Of a stretch of 64,000 bases of DNA, positions 51,115-62,202 are shown piece after piece. The position numbers and the translations under genes were made by a program. Within the stretch, counting starts at the first letter, position 1; each line of letters begins with the position of its first letter. This stretch comes from Vicugna vicugna. Taxonomy: Eukaryota. The stretch lies in assembly GCA_013265495.1 (NCBI GenBank), contig MU057989.1, forward strand, positions 1,629,513 through 1,693,512, given 5' to 3'. Below the pieces are notes generated by a model that saw nothing but the letters and a program-made list of their open reading frames with translations, was not told the origin of the DNA and made no database searches.

Positions 51115-53784
51115 CTACTTCTGTCCAGACACCAGGACGGCCAGCTCCTGGATGGACATGTCCTTGTTGACGTAGCGGTCGTACTGGGCAGGGCTCAGCC
51201 TTCCGTTCTGCAGGGCCTCTTCGATGGAGAACTTCTTGCCAGACTTCCTGTCGTGGATCACAGAGGACTCCCCGGTGGGACCCTTGACCGAGATTTCCTC
51301 CCAGTCGCACTCCTGGCTCCTGAGTTTCACAAACATGTTCCAGTCGATGAGGCCGGCCCGGTGGGCCTCCCCCGGGGACAGCTCGCGGCCCGAGTCGGGG
51401 TCGATGACCACAATGGAGCGCCGCAGGTGGTTCTCCCTCTGCTCCCGCTTGACAGCCACGGAGCCCAGGCGCCTCTGCAGCTCATCGATCTCCAGGTCTT
51501 TGTCTCTGGAGAGCCTCCTGAGGTCCTCCAGCTCCCGCTCCAGGGACCATAGCCTGGAGTCAAGCTGCGCTCCGGGGTCCACCGCCGACCCTGTCACGCT
51601 CCACAGGTCCCGAGTCTCCGCCGCCGCCATCTCGATTTCCGACTGCAGCCTGCGGGTCTCCAGCTGCAGGCTCTGCCGCTCCAGCTGCAGTTTGTGGTTT
51701 TCTTCCCTGAGGAAGTCCAGTTCCTTGGACGACTTGGAGTTGGAGAACTCCAGCTCCGACAGCTTGGCCTCCAGCCGGTTCACCTCCGCATCCAGCTCCC
51801 GCTTGCTCCGGCTCTCCTCCTCCAGGCTGCTCCTGAGCTTCTGGATCTCCTGCTCGGTGTCCCCTCTCTCCACCTGGACGCTCTCGGAGAAGACCACCTT
51901 CTCCTTGACCTCCATCTTCTCCAGCTGCTCCAGCTTCCTCCTCAGGGTCTCCAGCTCGCTCTCCAGGACCTGCCGCCGGTGCCGCTCCTCCTCCAGCTGC
52001 AGCGACAGCAGGGCGTGCTCCCGGGCCTGCTGGGGGTCCTGCTGCAGCACCACCTTCTGCTTGAGGGTCACCTTCTCCCGGGCCTCCCCACCCTCCTCCT
52101 CCAGCTGGGCCAGCCGCTGCTTCAGGCGCTGCACCTCCAGCTCGGCCTCCCTGCGCGCCTGCCGCTCGCGCTCCAGCTCCTGCAGCTGCCGCTCCAGCTC
52201 GACGCGCCGGCGCTGTAGCCGCCGCAGCTCCCCGCGGAGGCTGTCAATCTGCCGCAGCTCGGCATCGATGCTCTCGGTGAAGGCGCTTACGTCAGCCCGC
52301 AGGCCTGGCTCCTCCTCGTACCTGACGACTTCCTGTTGGACCACCTTCTCCTTCACCTGGGAAAGCTCCTCCTCCTTCTGTTTGATTTTCTCCTCTTGGG
52401 ACGCCCTCTCCCTCTCCAGGTCCACTTGCTTCTTCTGTTCCTCTGACAGCCGGGCCCTCAAAGACTCCACCTCCTCTTTGGTTTGGGGGTCTTCCTGGAA
52501 CTCCACGATCTCCTGGACCACCTCCTTGGTCTGCACCTGTGGTTTGGTGTCTTTCAGGGACTGGATCTCTTGCTTCAGCTGGTAGATCTCCAGGTCGCAC
52601 CTCTCGATGAGCCTGGTCTTGTCGACAATCTCCTCCCTGAATCTCTGAAGCTCTTTCTCCATCTCGGGGTCAGTCTTGTACTTGATGACTTCCTTAGTCA
52701 CCTCCTTGACTTCCACCTGGGGGCCCCGCCTCCGGAGCGCCTCTAGCTCGCTCTGGTAGCTCTTCAGCTGCTCCTCGGCCCTCCGGTACTTGCGTTCCTG
52801 CTCGACCAGCTCCAGGCGGAGATTGGCCACCTCGCTCTCCACCTTGGGGTCTGGCCGGACGATCTCCCGCACTTTCTCCTGCACGACCACTTTGGCGTTT
52901 TCCTCCTCCAATGCCCAGATCTTTCGGAGCAGCTCCGTCTTCTCCCTCTGGTTGGCGCGAACCTTGGCAGCCTCATCCTCGTACTGGCGTTGGAGGTTGC
53001 CCACCTCCCTCTCAGTTGCCACGTCCTTTTCCACCCTGAGCACCTCCTTGACGGTGATCTTGCCCTCGGCCATGGCCCGCTCCTTCTCCAGCCTCTTCAG
53101 CTTGTCCTGGAGGAAGCTCAGCTCCTCCTCCTGCTTCTCCCTCAGCTGGCTCTCCCGCTGCTGGGCCTCCTGCAGCTGCTGGTACTCCGCCTCCAGCTGG
53201 GGGTCGTTCTGCAGCTTCACCACCTCCTTCTCCGTGACCTTCTCCTGCGCCCGGTTCTTCTCCTGGGCCAGGGCCGCGATGCGCTGCTGCAGGAGGAGGG
53301 CCTCGGCCTCCCGGGTGCCCTTCTGCCGCCGCAGCTCCTCCAGCTCCTCCCTCAGCCTCAGGACCTCGTCGGCCTGGGCTTGGTCCGGCGCAATGCGCAG
53401 AACCTCCTTGACCACGTATTCCTGCCCGCCGTCCCTGGCCTCCTGCTCCAGGCCGCGCAGCCGCAGCTGCAGCGCCTCCAGCTCCTCCTGCAGCAGCTGG
53501 TTCTTGCGCTGCTCCTCCGCCAGGGTCCGCTGCGTCTGCTGGAAGCTCTCCTCCAGCGCGGGGTCCGGCACCCTCTTGAGCACCTCCTTCCTCACCACCG
53601 CTTCCTGGGGGCTCTGGTTCTGCAGAGCCCGGATCTCCTCCCGGGCGCTCTCGACCTCGTTCTCCAGCTGCTGTCTCCGCTCGGTCTCCTCGTCCAGCTC
53701 CTTCCGAATCTTCCACGTCTCCTCCGCTCCCAAGCCCGGCTTGCTCCCGGGCAGGGCCTCGTGGCTCACACCTGCCTCCGGCTG
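51115..53784 (-). CDS. PPL: Periplakin terminal exon (22): coiled-coil rod plus C-terminal linker domain
   Basis: 2670 nt in ORF 51115..53838; cccag acceptor; ends RRSIVVIDPDSGRELS...MSIQELAVLVSGQK-stop. Confidence 0.97.
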   Translation of the reverse strand, partial: QPEAGVSHEALPGSKPGLGAEETWKIRKELDEETERRQQLENEVESAREEIRALQNQSPQEAVVRKEVLKRVPDPALEESFQQTQRTLAEEQRKNQLLQEELEALQLRLRGLEQEARDGGQEYVVKEVLRIAPDQAQADEVLRLREELEELRRQKGTREAEALLLQQRIAALAQEKNRAQEKVTEKEVVKLQNDPQLEAEYQQLQEAQQRESQLREKQEEELSFLQDKLKRLEKERAMAEGKITVKEVLRVEKDVATEREVGNLQRQYEDEAAKVRANQREKTELLRKIWALEEENAKVVVQEKVREIVRPDPKVESEVANLRLELVEQERKYRRAEEQLKSYQSELEALRRRGPQVEVKEVTKEVIKYKTDPEMEKELQRFREEIVDKTRLIERCDLEIYQLKQEIQSLKDTKPQVQTKEVVQEIVEFQEDPQTKEEVESLRARLSEEQKKQVDLERERASQEEKIKQKEEELSQVKEKVVQQEVVRYEEEPGLRADVSAFTESIDAELRQIDSLRGELRRLQRRRVELERQLQELERERQARREAELEVQRLKQRLAQLEEEGGEAREKVTLKQKVVLQQDPQQAREHALLSLQLEEERHRRQVLESELETLRRKLEQLEKMEVKEKVVFSESVQVERGDTEQEIQKLRSSLEEESRSKRELDAEVNRLEAKLSELEFSNSKSSKELDFLREENHKLQLERQSLQLETRRLQSEIEMAAAETRDLWSVTGSAVDPGAQLDSRLWSLERELEDLRRLSRDKDLEIDELQRRLGSVAVKREQRENHLRRSIVVIDPDSGRELSPGEAHRAGLIDWNMFVKLRSQECDWEEISVKGPTGESSVIHDRKSGKKFSIEEALQNGRLSPAQYDRYVNKDMSIQELAVLVSGQK

Positions 53785-54502
53785 CTGGGAAGGGGAAGAC
53801 AGTGTGTGGTTAGCTGGACTCGTGCGGCCTGCTCCCACCTGGCCACCTGCAGACAGGTCAGAATGGTTGTCCTGAGACCCTCAAGGGGCTCCCTCAGTGC
53901 CAGGTTCACTGGAGTCTGAGGCTCCAGTGAACAACTCGTTTAACTGCATTTGGGGAAATATTTTAAAACCACAGAAGAGTGTGAAACAAAGGCTGTCTGT
54001 CACCCCTGGTCCTGTTCCTACAGGACACCTGTCATCTGTGAGACACATAGTTTTACAGGCAATACATTTATTTTTTCTGCACTAACAGTGGTCCCCGCTC
54101 TACACCCTGGTCCTTGCACTTAGGAGAATCCGCGGTGGTGCAGAGGGTGCCACCCTGTCGTGTGGCGGCTCCATCCTTTTCCATCGTGTGGACGGACCCT
54201 GGCCTAGGTAGGCACCCACTGCTGATGAACATGGAGTTGCTTCCAGTTTCTTACTATTAGGGTGCTGTCATAAATGTTCCAGACTTTTAAAAATAAGTTA
54301 CCTTTTACTAGGTACTCGGCAAATTCTTGTAGGACGGGACACGTGGGTGAGACTCATGTCAGTAGGAGCGTGGGCACCCAGGGCTGCCCAGCCCTGTTAG
54401 CAGGGCACACGCCCCCTGCTTCACAGGCTGTTTGAGGCAGAATGAGTTACTTCCCACCTGTTGGAATACGTTTGAGTAGTATTCCTTTCTAAGATCCATT
54501 AC

Positions 54503-54595
54503 CTGTCTCAGGAGATTCTGTGCAAACTCCAGGTTCTGCAGCCTCTGTCTGCTGATGGCATTAACTTCAGTGAACTTGGCGGCAAGAGCCGCTTC
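54503..54595 (-). CDS. PPL: PPL exon 21 (EAALAAKFTEVNAISRQRLQNLEFAQNLLRQ)
   Basis: 93 nt, gcag/gtaat. Confidence 0.94.
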
Positions 54596-55090
54596 CTGCA
54601 GGAGAGCAGCCAGGAGTCAGCAGGCTGTGCGGGAAGTCAGCTGGATGGTGTTTGAAAAGTCTGGCGTTTGAGGACAGAGGGTATGGTTCTTGCCCCTTCC
54701 TACCTGGAGTTCTACTGCGGTCTCACCCACTAGATTGAAAACTGGATTTAGAATCCCCAGTGACCTTGAGCAGGTCTCTCTCTGTCTGAGCCTTAATGTG
54801 CTCATGTACAGAAGGAACTGGTAACGTCGGCCCTCTGTACGTCCCTGCATGCTTCACAGGGGAAAGGGGAGCCTCCCGTCTGGGGCTCTGGCACACATAA
54901 CCCCAGCATGCTGTCTTTCGAGGCACATCCGTGTCGCTGCCCCAGAATAAGTTCGTTATCCTCTCTTATCGGACCTCTTCGCACCCAGTAGGGTTCTTGG
55001 CCCCGTTTCCCTATTATGTATTGCCTTTGAGGCCTGCATTCTGAGCTCTGGAGCGGGGCGCTCCAAGAAGGCCCGGCGCATGGAGCTCAC

Positions 55091-55207
55091 CTCTTCCCTC
55101 ACTTTGGTGGCAGGGGACTGGAGCCTGGCCCTCTTGCTCACGTGGCTGCTCCTTCCATTCTCCAAGTCGAGAAGGGACCTTAGTTTCTCCACTTCTAACT
55201 CGTAGTC
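55091..55207 (-). CDS. PPL: PPL exon 20 (DYELEVEKLRSLLD...VREE)
   Basis: 117 nt, ccag/gtgag. Confidence 0.94.
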
Positions 55208-55868
55208 CTGGGTGAGAGAGACATGGCAGAGGGCACACAAGAGCTGTTGAGACCAAAATGTTTTTACACCCTTTCCAGCTGACTGCAAAGGTCTCCCACT
55301 CAGCAGCACCCTGTTCTGACTGCCAGGAAGTTTTGAGAACCATCGCTACATCAATACGACAGAGCTACATCCCCAAACAACATGTGAGACAAGAAAAAGT
55401 AGGTGCACAGTCTCCCTCCATCCCCAAGAAGTGCTCCCTCCAGGCCGTCCCTGGCCTAGAGAATGTGACATTCTGCTTTCTTCTATTAATTCTGTACGGT
55501 AAGCCTTTTCTCAAGTTGCCCCCTCTTAGCCCTCCTGTGCATCAGTTTGGGGACTTTACCATCCATCAAGTGCTTGGATGATAATTTAGCTAGCTGTTCC
55601 TCTACTGTCGGAATTTAAGTTCGTTCTAGTTTGTCTGTTTTGCTAGTGTAAATAATGCTGTTTTACTATGCCTTTGTTTATCCCACATTCTTTTTCTTTT
55701 GTCTTTTTTCCTTTAGGATAAATGCCCCCAGTTACTGCTTCATTCAAACAGTAGAAAGCCCTTTCATGGTACTCGATGCCTAGTGCCTTCACTTTCCCAG
55801 TTTGGGGGCCGCCAGCCGCACCTGAGGGGGCTGGGCTGGGGGAGGAGGCCCTGCCGTGCAGCTCTCAC

Positions 55869-55952
55869 CTTGACGGCCTGCTGGTACTGCTGCGAGTGGG
55901 CATGGACTTGCTGGACTTCCTGTTCCCTTCTTGCTATTTCATCTAGCAGGTT
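55869..55952 (-). CDS. PPL: PPL exon 19 (NLLDEIARREQEVQQVHAHSQQYQQAVK)
   Basis: 84 nt, acag/gtgag. Confidence 0.94.
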
Positions 55953-56169
55953 CTGTAAGACAACACAGACGTTAAAAATAAAAAACTTAACCCCCCCCAA
56001 AAAAAACCTTGATAGAGTAGCTGGATTCCTTGAAGTCTGAAATTACTCTTCTGTAGCACAAGGTATAATGAATGGCTTCCTTGCTGAAACTTTTGTAGCA
56101 TTTGTCTGTTACGAAAGGCAATTCTAAGGCCCTGAGAAGAAGGGCCAAGAAGGATAATTATCTCTGCCA

Positions 56170-56360
56170 GGAAACTAATGTTTATTGAGTGCTTTGAAAT
56201 GTCACACACCATTCCAGTATCTTAGATTATCCCACTTAATCCTGTGAGGTAAGCACCACCTTAGCTCCAGTTTATAAATGAAGAAAGCGAGGCTCAGTGA
56301 CTGGCCCCTGGGCACACAGGTGGTAGGGGTGGCAGCGGGATCTGAGCCTAGGCTATTGGG
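56170..56360. mobile_element. MIR SINE
   Basis: TTTATTGAGTGC...TTTATAAATGAAGAAAGCGAGGCTCAG core. Confidence 0.65.
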
Positions 56361-56658
56361 TTTCCTGTTCCTCGTCTTTCCCCCTAGGGCCCTGCTGCCT
56401 TGTGGGGAGCCAAGACGTGGGGCTTTGGAAATAGGGTTTTTCCCCATGAGGGCTCCTCTTGTGTTTCTGTAGCTTTTGCTGATTTAGCAAGTGTGGAATG
56501 TCCACTCTGTGCTGGACACGGAGGCGGGAGAGGTGAGGGAGACACCGTCCTTGCTCTCAGAGACTCAGGTGCTGGGAGCCTGCCAGCGAGGACGCAGCCC
56601 TGCCGGACCGCTGCCCAGCCCCAGCCGCCACCCACAAACGTGGAAGCAGCCGTCTTAC

Positions 56659-56809
56659 CTTCTGGTTGTTGAGCTTGGTCTCCATCTGGCCGAGGCTGTC
56701 TGTCTCCTGGGGCTCATAGCTGGGGATGCGGGACAGGAACTGGAGCAGGCGGTCGCGGCTGCTGCGGAAGTCACCGTGGGCAGCCTGGGCGCTCTGCAGG
56801 CTCCGGGCC
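56659..56809 (-). CDS. PPL: PPL exon 18
   Basis: 151 nt, gcag/gtaag; ARSLQSAQAAH...KLNNQK. Confidence 0.93.
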
Positions 56810-57084
56810 CTGCGGGGACAAAGCCGATCAGGCCTCGGCACGGGGGGGCGGATGCTTGCTGAAAGCTGCTCGCCATCCTTTTTTGAAGAAATCACCTGTG
56901 CTCATTTTTTTAACAGCGGGGAGGGATGGGTCAGGGAACCAAAAGTAATTTAACTAGAAATAGCCTAACCAGTCACTGGAAACGGAGTAATTAGGTAAAT
57001 GATGGACTGTGGAGTTGGAACACTGCATGGCCGCTGTAAGGGCAGGGAGGGCCACGTGTGCTGACTCGCGGGGCTGCCCACTGT

Positions 57085-58010
57085 GTGTTCTAGAACCTAA
57101 ATAACCCACAGGGCCAAGGAGACATCACAAGGGAGGCGAGGAAATCTGAACTCACCGAAAATAAAACAATCACATTTGTATCTTAGTGAAGCAGTGCTTA
57201 GTGGGAAATAACCTAAGTGCTTAGGTTAGCAAAAAGGAAGCTCTCAAACCAACAATGTAGGATTCTACCTTTAGGAAGAAGAAGACGAGCAAAGAGAAAC
57301 TAAAACTAAGCAAGAGTAGGGAATGACACTGAGCAGATGTCACCAGAACTGCAAACAGGGAGACAGGAGGGAGGTCACCGACACCAGAGCTGGTTCTTTG
57401 AAACAGTCAATAAATTGATAAACCTCAGACAGAATGATCAGGGGAGAAAAGAACAAACAAATACAACAAAAGAAGACATAACATCAGGAATGAGGGAGAG
57501 GACCTCCCCTCAGCGTCTGCGGACGTTAAAGCATAAGAGAACTTTACGAACAATTTTATGCCAATAAAGCTCAACTACTTGATGAGGACGATGTGCCCTT
57601 GAAAGACACAGATTTCTGAAGTTGACTCAAGAATGAGAGACTCAAATAGTCCAGTATCTCTTACAGAGGTTGAATTGGTAGTTACAAACCTCCTCACAAA
57701 AAACAAACAAACAAACAAACTGCAGGCCCAGAAGGTGAATTCTACGACGATTTAAGGAAGCAATATCAAGTCTACGGAAACCCTCCCAGGAAACAGAAGG
57801 GCAGGAGGGAACAGTTAGTGTCTCATGAGGCCGGCAAAATAACGCCAGGGAAAATATAGCAAAACGTGGCATGTTGTCATTCGCTTGTACAGAACCTTTT
57901 TGGAGAGAGACACAGGGACTGGGAACAGTGCCTGTCTTGGTGGGGGGGCTGGTCACTATCACCTGAGTTTCATACTTTGTACATGTATTGCTTTTTTCAA
58001 AAAGGGGAAA
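57085..58010 (+). mobile_element. Degraded L1 ORF2 and 3' fragments
   Basis: SWFFETVNK-like ORF2 remnant in ORF 57337..57567; A-rich L1-like sequence. Confidence 0.7.
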
Positions 58011-58114
58011 TTATTTAGAAAACACAGCCTTTGGTAGTGTTCGCACAGGTCCCACTCTGGTGCTTTAAGGCAGACGAGCTGAGCCAAGGCCACCGCCCCC
58101 CGCAGCACCCTCAC

Positions 58115-58308
58115 CTGAGCTCAACCTGCCGGCAGAGGTTGTCAAAGCGCTGGCCCAGCTTGTGCACTTCGGCCTCCTGGCGCTCCAGGTCCGGGCAGTG
58201 CTCCTGGAAGCGGCTGGCCAGCGAGCTGGAGCACTGCTTGGCCGCCTGCAGGTTCCGCTCCACCTCCCCGAGGAGGGCCTTCTGGGTCTGCAGCTCGGAG
58301 GCCATGGC
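58115..58308 (-). CDS. PPL: PPL exon 17
   Basis: 194 nt, gcag/gtgag; AMASELQTQK...FQEHCPDLERQE. Confidence 0.94.
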
Positions 58309-58552
58309 CTGCCGGGGCGGAGAGGCAGACGGCGGGTGCTGTGGCCAGAGCTCCAGGGACCAGGACGCGTGACCACCCCCTCCCCCGGATGCGTGGCCCC
58401 TCAGGGCGCTTGGGGCTGCCAGCTCTGAGAGGGTGGGAAGACTGGGCAGGCACAGGGGCTTTGCCCCTGAGTTTCTCCTCGAACCTACGGTCATCTCTGC
58501 AATTTCCATTTCATTGTGATAAACAATACCCCAGAAAAACTAACTTTCTTTT

Positions 58553-58920
58553 CTTTTAATTGAAGTACCATCAGTGACAATGTGTCCATTTCTGCTGTAC
58601 AGCAGTGTCCCAGTCATGCAGGTACATACATATATTCGTTTTCATATTTTTTTCTTTGAAGGTTATTACAAGATATTGAATATAGTTCCCTGTGCTATAC
58701 AGCAGAAACTCTTTTTAAAAATCTATTTTTATATATAGTGGCTAACATTTGTAAATCTCAAACTCCCAAATTTATCCCTTCCCACCCCATTTCCCTGGTG
58801 ACCATACAATTGTTTACTACATCTGTAAGTCTGTTTCTGTTTTGTTCATCATTCTAAGTGAAGGAAGCCAGAAAGAGAAAGAAAAATATCCTATCATATC
58901 ACTCATATGTGGAATCTAAC
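58553..58920 (-). mobile_element. Short L1 3' end with 5' inversion
   Basis: Minus-strand L1 tail 58553-58848, then plus-strand upstream L1 segment 58849-58919. Confidence 0.8.
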
Positions 58921-59452
58921 GTCTAAAACCCTGCGGCGGGCAGCATGTGCCTGTGACGCCTAGCCCGGGCCCAGAGTGGCCTCGGCGAAGGCTCTGTTCT
59001 CGGAGCCCACTTCCTGGGCTCTGAGGTGAGGCTCTCAGCACGTGGCAGGGTTTTGTGAGATGGGGTGTGAATAAGGGGCCTCCTGCAGGCTCACAGACTC
59101 CGGTGCCTGGAGCGGGCCCAGTGGCAGCTGTGAAGACAGCACCTGCTGGGCTGGGGCAGAGGCTCCTCTACCCGGCTGACCTGCCCCGTGGGCGTGTGGG
59201 CCCCGGTGGCCGGATCTGCTCACCCAGAGATACTGGGAGTCTGGAGGGATTCTGTGGATATTTGACTTGAAGAAACTAGCACCTGATTTCCACAGGCCAC
59301 CCAAACCCCGGCACAGCTGGGACTCCAGACCTGGAGGGACTTGCTGCCCTGGGCCTCGGGCCTCTCGACTGTCCAGAGGTAGGGGTTAGGGGTGTCCGGG
59401 GCCCATGCCCAGCTCAGAGAAAGCTCCCAAGGCCCAGGATCCCCAGACCTAC

Positions 59453-59591
59453 CGCCAACTCCTGCCTCTTGCTGTCCAGGGCACGGCCACTCTCGGGCAC
59501 CGTGTCCTCCTGGGCCAGCTGGTTCTCGTACATGGCCAGCACCTCCCGGCCCTGCTGCAGGCTCTTCTCCAGACGGTTGGCAATGTCGACC
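59453..59591 (-). CDS. PPL: PPL exon 16
   Basis: 139 nt, tcag/gtagg; VDIANRLEKSLQQG...QELA. Confidence 0.93.
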
Positions 59592-59669
59592 CTGAGAACA
59601 CAGGTCAGCAGTTGGGGGGGAACCTGGCCCTGGACCCACCTGGCCTCCCTGCTGCCCGCCTGCACCCAC

Positions 59670-59848
59670 TTTTCCTGGGCCACGTCCAGCAGCTGCACCA
59701 GGTGCTCGTATCTGCGGTGTGTGTCCTCCACCCGCGTCCTCAGCAGGGCCGCGCTGCCACCGTCCGGGAGGGCCCGCACAAACGCCTCGCCCTCGGCTGT
59801 GCTGCGTGCCTTCTCGGGCTCGATCCGCAGCAGCTCGTTGGTGATGTT
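59670..59848 (-). CDS. PPL: PPL exon 15
   Basis: 179 nt, acag/gtggg; NITNELLRIEPEK... Confidence 0.93.
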
Positions 59849-60784
59849 CTGTGGGGACCAGAGCCCCTCGCGTTGGCCACAGCCGTCAGCCTGCCTCCCC
59901 CCAGGGACCTCCTCCCCAGGGAGCCTAACTAGGGCTCAGGGGAGCCAGCCAGGAGCCTGCATTTGTAATGAGCATCCCAGGGAATTCTGATGTAGGGGGT
60001 GGTGACTCATGAGCCATGAAAACTAACAGGGAATCATCAAGCATTTACTGTTCCCACTACTTTACACGGATGATTTTTTCATCTCTGGGGGTGACCTTAT
60101 GAAGTAGGTAGGACTCCAAGCAGCTTAGGAGGGGACTTGGGGCCCAGTCACGCCCCCACCCCTGTACCAGGTGTCCTCTGGGCCCTGACTTGGCCCCTAA
60201 TGGCCCTGATGTGGCCCCATCAAGGCCATGGCACTTCCTCCAAGCCCCGTTCCTCTTCTGTAAACCAGGAACGGTTGCGCTCACCACAGAGGGTACGGAG
60301 AACTCAGGAAACTTGAAACAGGTGAGCAGTAGATGGCGTCATGTGCCTCAACTCACCCCATCCTGACGCCCCGCGAGTGGGGACCAGCCTATTTCACTGA
60401 AGAAACTGAGGACTGGGCTTAAACAGTGTGTCTGCGGTCAAGTGGCTAGTGAGACGGCTCTGCAGCTCCAGAGCCTGTGAGCCGCCCTGCACTGTGGCCT
60501 CTTGGATTGGTGCTGAGGTCCTCGGGCGCACGCACTGCTGTTGTCAGCACTGCCACGAGCCCACGGCGACAAGCTGTGCAGAGGCGGCCTCAGCTCCACC
60601 AGCCCTTTCCCCTGGGGACGTGTCTGTGGGGGGTGCCAGGCCTCAGGCACCTCCTTAATCCTTGGCCTAAAACAGCCCCCTTGCCCCATGACTTGGCCTA
60701 CCTGTTACATGCGGTAGGTGGTCCCTGTCAAGCAGGGGCCCCCGAGAGCCAGTGGGCCAGCCCGTGCCCCAAGCCTGGCAGTAC

Positions 60785-60942
60785 CTTGAGGTGCTTGGCC
60801 CGCTCGGCACTGTCCTGCACGGCCCGGCCCTGCTCCAGCGGTGGCCGCAGGAGCCCCGTGATGGCCTTCTCCTGCCGGTCCAGGTCACTGGCCACCTTGT
60901 CCAAAGCAGCCAGCAGCTGCCGCCCCTGGAGGTCGGAGGCAT
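60785..60942 (-). CDS. PPL: PPL exon 14
   Basis: 158 nt, gcag/gtact; ASDLQGRQLLAALDKVASDL... Confidence 0.93.
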
Positions 60943-61105
60943 CTGCCAGAGGGAAATCACAGTCAGGAGGCAGTGGTGGAGCGTGAGGCCAGGGAAGGGG
61001 CCACTGAGGCCAGCTCGGCCTCCCCCACCCCTGCCATCCCATCTGCAGCACAGACCCTAGGCCTGGCCCCTCCCCAGAGCCTTGGGCAGCGGCCCGGGCA
61101 CCCAC

Positions 61106-61203
61106 CTCCAAGGCTCTCTGCCTTCAGCACCTCTTGCCGCTGCTGGAGTGCGCTTCTGCTCCCGGCCGCCTTCTGCCGCAGGCTCTGGTACTGGCTGCCC
61201 AGG
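61106..61203 (-). CDS. PPL: PPL exon 13
   Basis: 98 nt, acag/gtggg; LGSQYQSLRQKAAGS... Confidence 0.92.
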
Positions 61204-62050
61204 CTGTGACAGCAAAAACGGGCTGGGGACCCAGGGCAGCCCATGCCCCCACCACCCACGGCCGCCGGGCCCAGGGTGGCTGGACAGACAGCCCCAGGGA
61301 GTCAGGTGGCTCATCAAAATGCGTCAGAAAGTGAAAATGACACATGGGAAGGGTTTACTCAAACCCTGGTCTGTCCTCGCTCCTGGGTTCAGTGGACCCT
61401 CCCTTCCCTCCTTCCTTTCTGTGTGTGTCTCTCTCTCCTCTTCATAGCAAATCTTACTATCTAAAATTATTTTGTTTACTCTGTTTTCTCCACCAAGATG
61501 TTACCTCTGAGGGAGTACAGAGAAGATGCTCAACACATATTTGCTGAATAAATAAACGAAGGAATTCCTTGAATCACTCATTCAGAAAGAGTTCTTGGAT
61601 ACTTGCTTTGCACCAGGTACTGAACAAGGCCCTGGAAATAGTAAATCCTAAGGAGCCTCTGCCCAGTGAGACTGACACAGACACAAAACACCCTAATGAG
61701 AGCAGCACAAGAGATGGGAGAAGGTGCTTGAGAGCCAAGAGGCAGCAGCCCTTTCCCTGGAGCCAGCGTGGGGGATAAGGGTGCAGTCAGGGAAGGCTTC
61801 ACAGGAGAGGTGACACCTGGGCTGGGTCTTCAAGCCAAGAGGCCTGAGCCTGTAAGGCAGTGGGTAGGTGTCCGGGTAGAGGGAGCAGCATGTGCAAAGG
61901 CCCAGAGGCACTGGCAGAGGAACTACTCTCTGAACTGTGCTTACACACCACACATCAGCCTGGCCAATGGGATCTGCAGCTGTGGGGGTGTTAGTGGCAC
62001 CCTGAGGCTGAGATGGGGGGTCTAGGTAGTGGGGCCAGCCCACGCTGTAC

Positions 62051-62202
62051 CTGTCGGCCAGAGCCAGGGCCTCGGGGTCAGTGGGGGGGATCATGAAGCA
62101 GACGGCTGGGGCAGTCAGCTCGTTCCCTGCGCTGTCCGTGAGGTCCCAGCTCTCCCCGTTGTTCCTCTGCAGGGTGTAGCTGTAGCCCCGAGAGATCAGG
62201 CC
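62051..62202 (-). CDS. PPL: PPL exon 12, plakin SH3-like region
   Basis: 152 nt, ccag/gtaca; APAVCFMIPPTDPEA motif. Confidence 0.95.

Noticed and set aside
53785..53838. N-terminal extension of the 907-aa ORF (MGAGRTSP...)
   Set aside because: Intronic sequence upstream of the acceptor with a GTG start; not an independent gene start
51224..53919. Long plus-strand ORFs (453, 361 and 309 aa) antisense to the PPL last exon
   Set aside because: Mirror of PPL codon bias: GAG/CAG/CTG-rich coiled-coil codons leave few antisense stops, giving Ser- and Leu-rich low-complexity products
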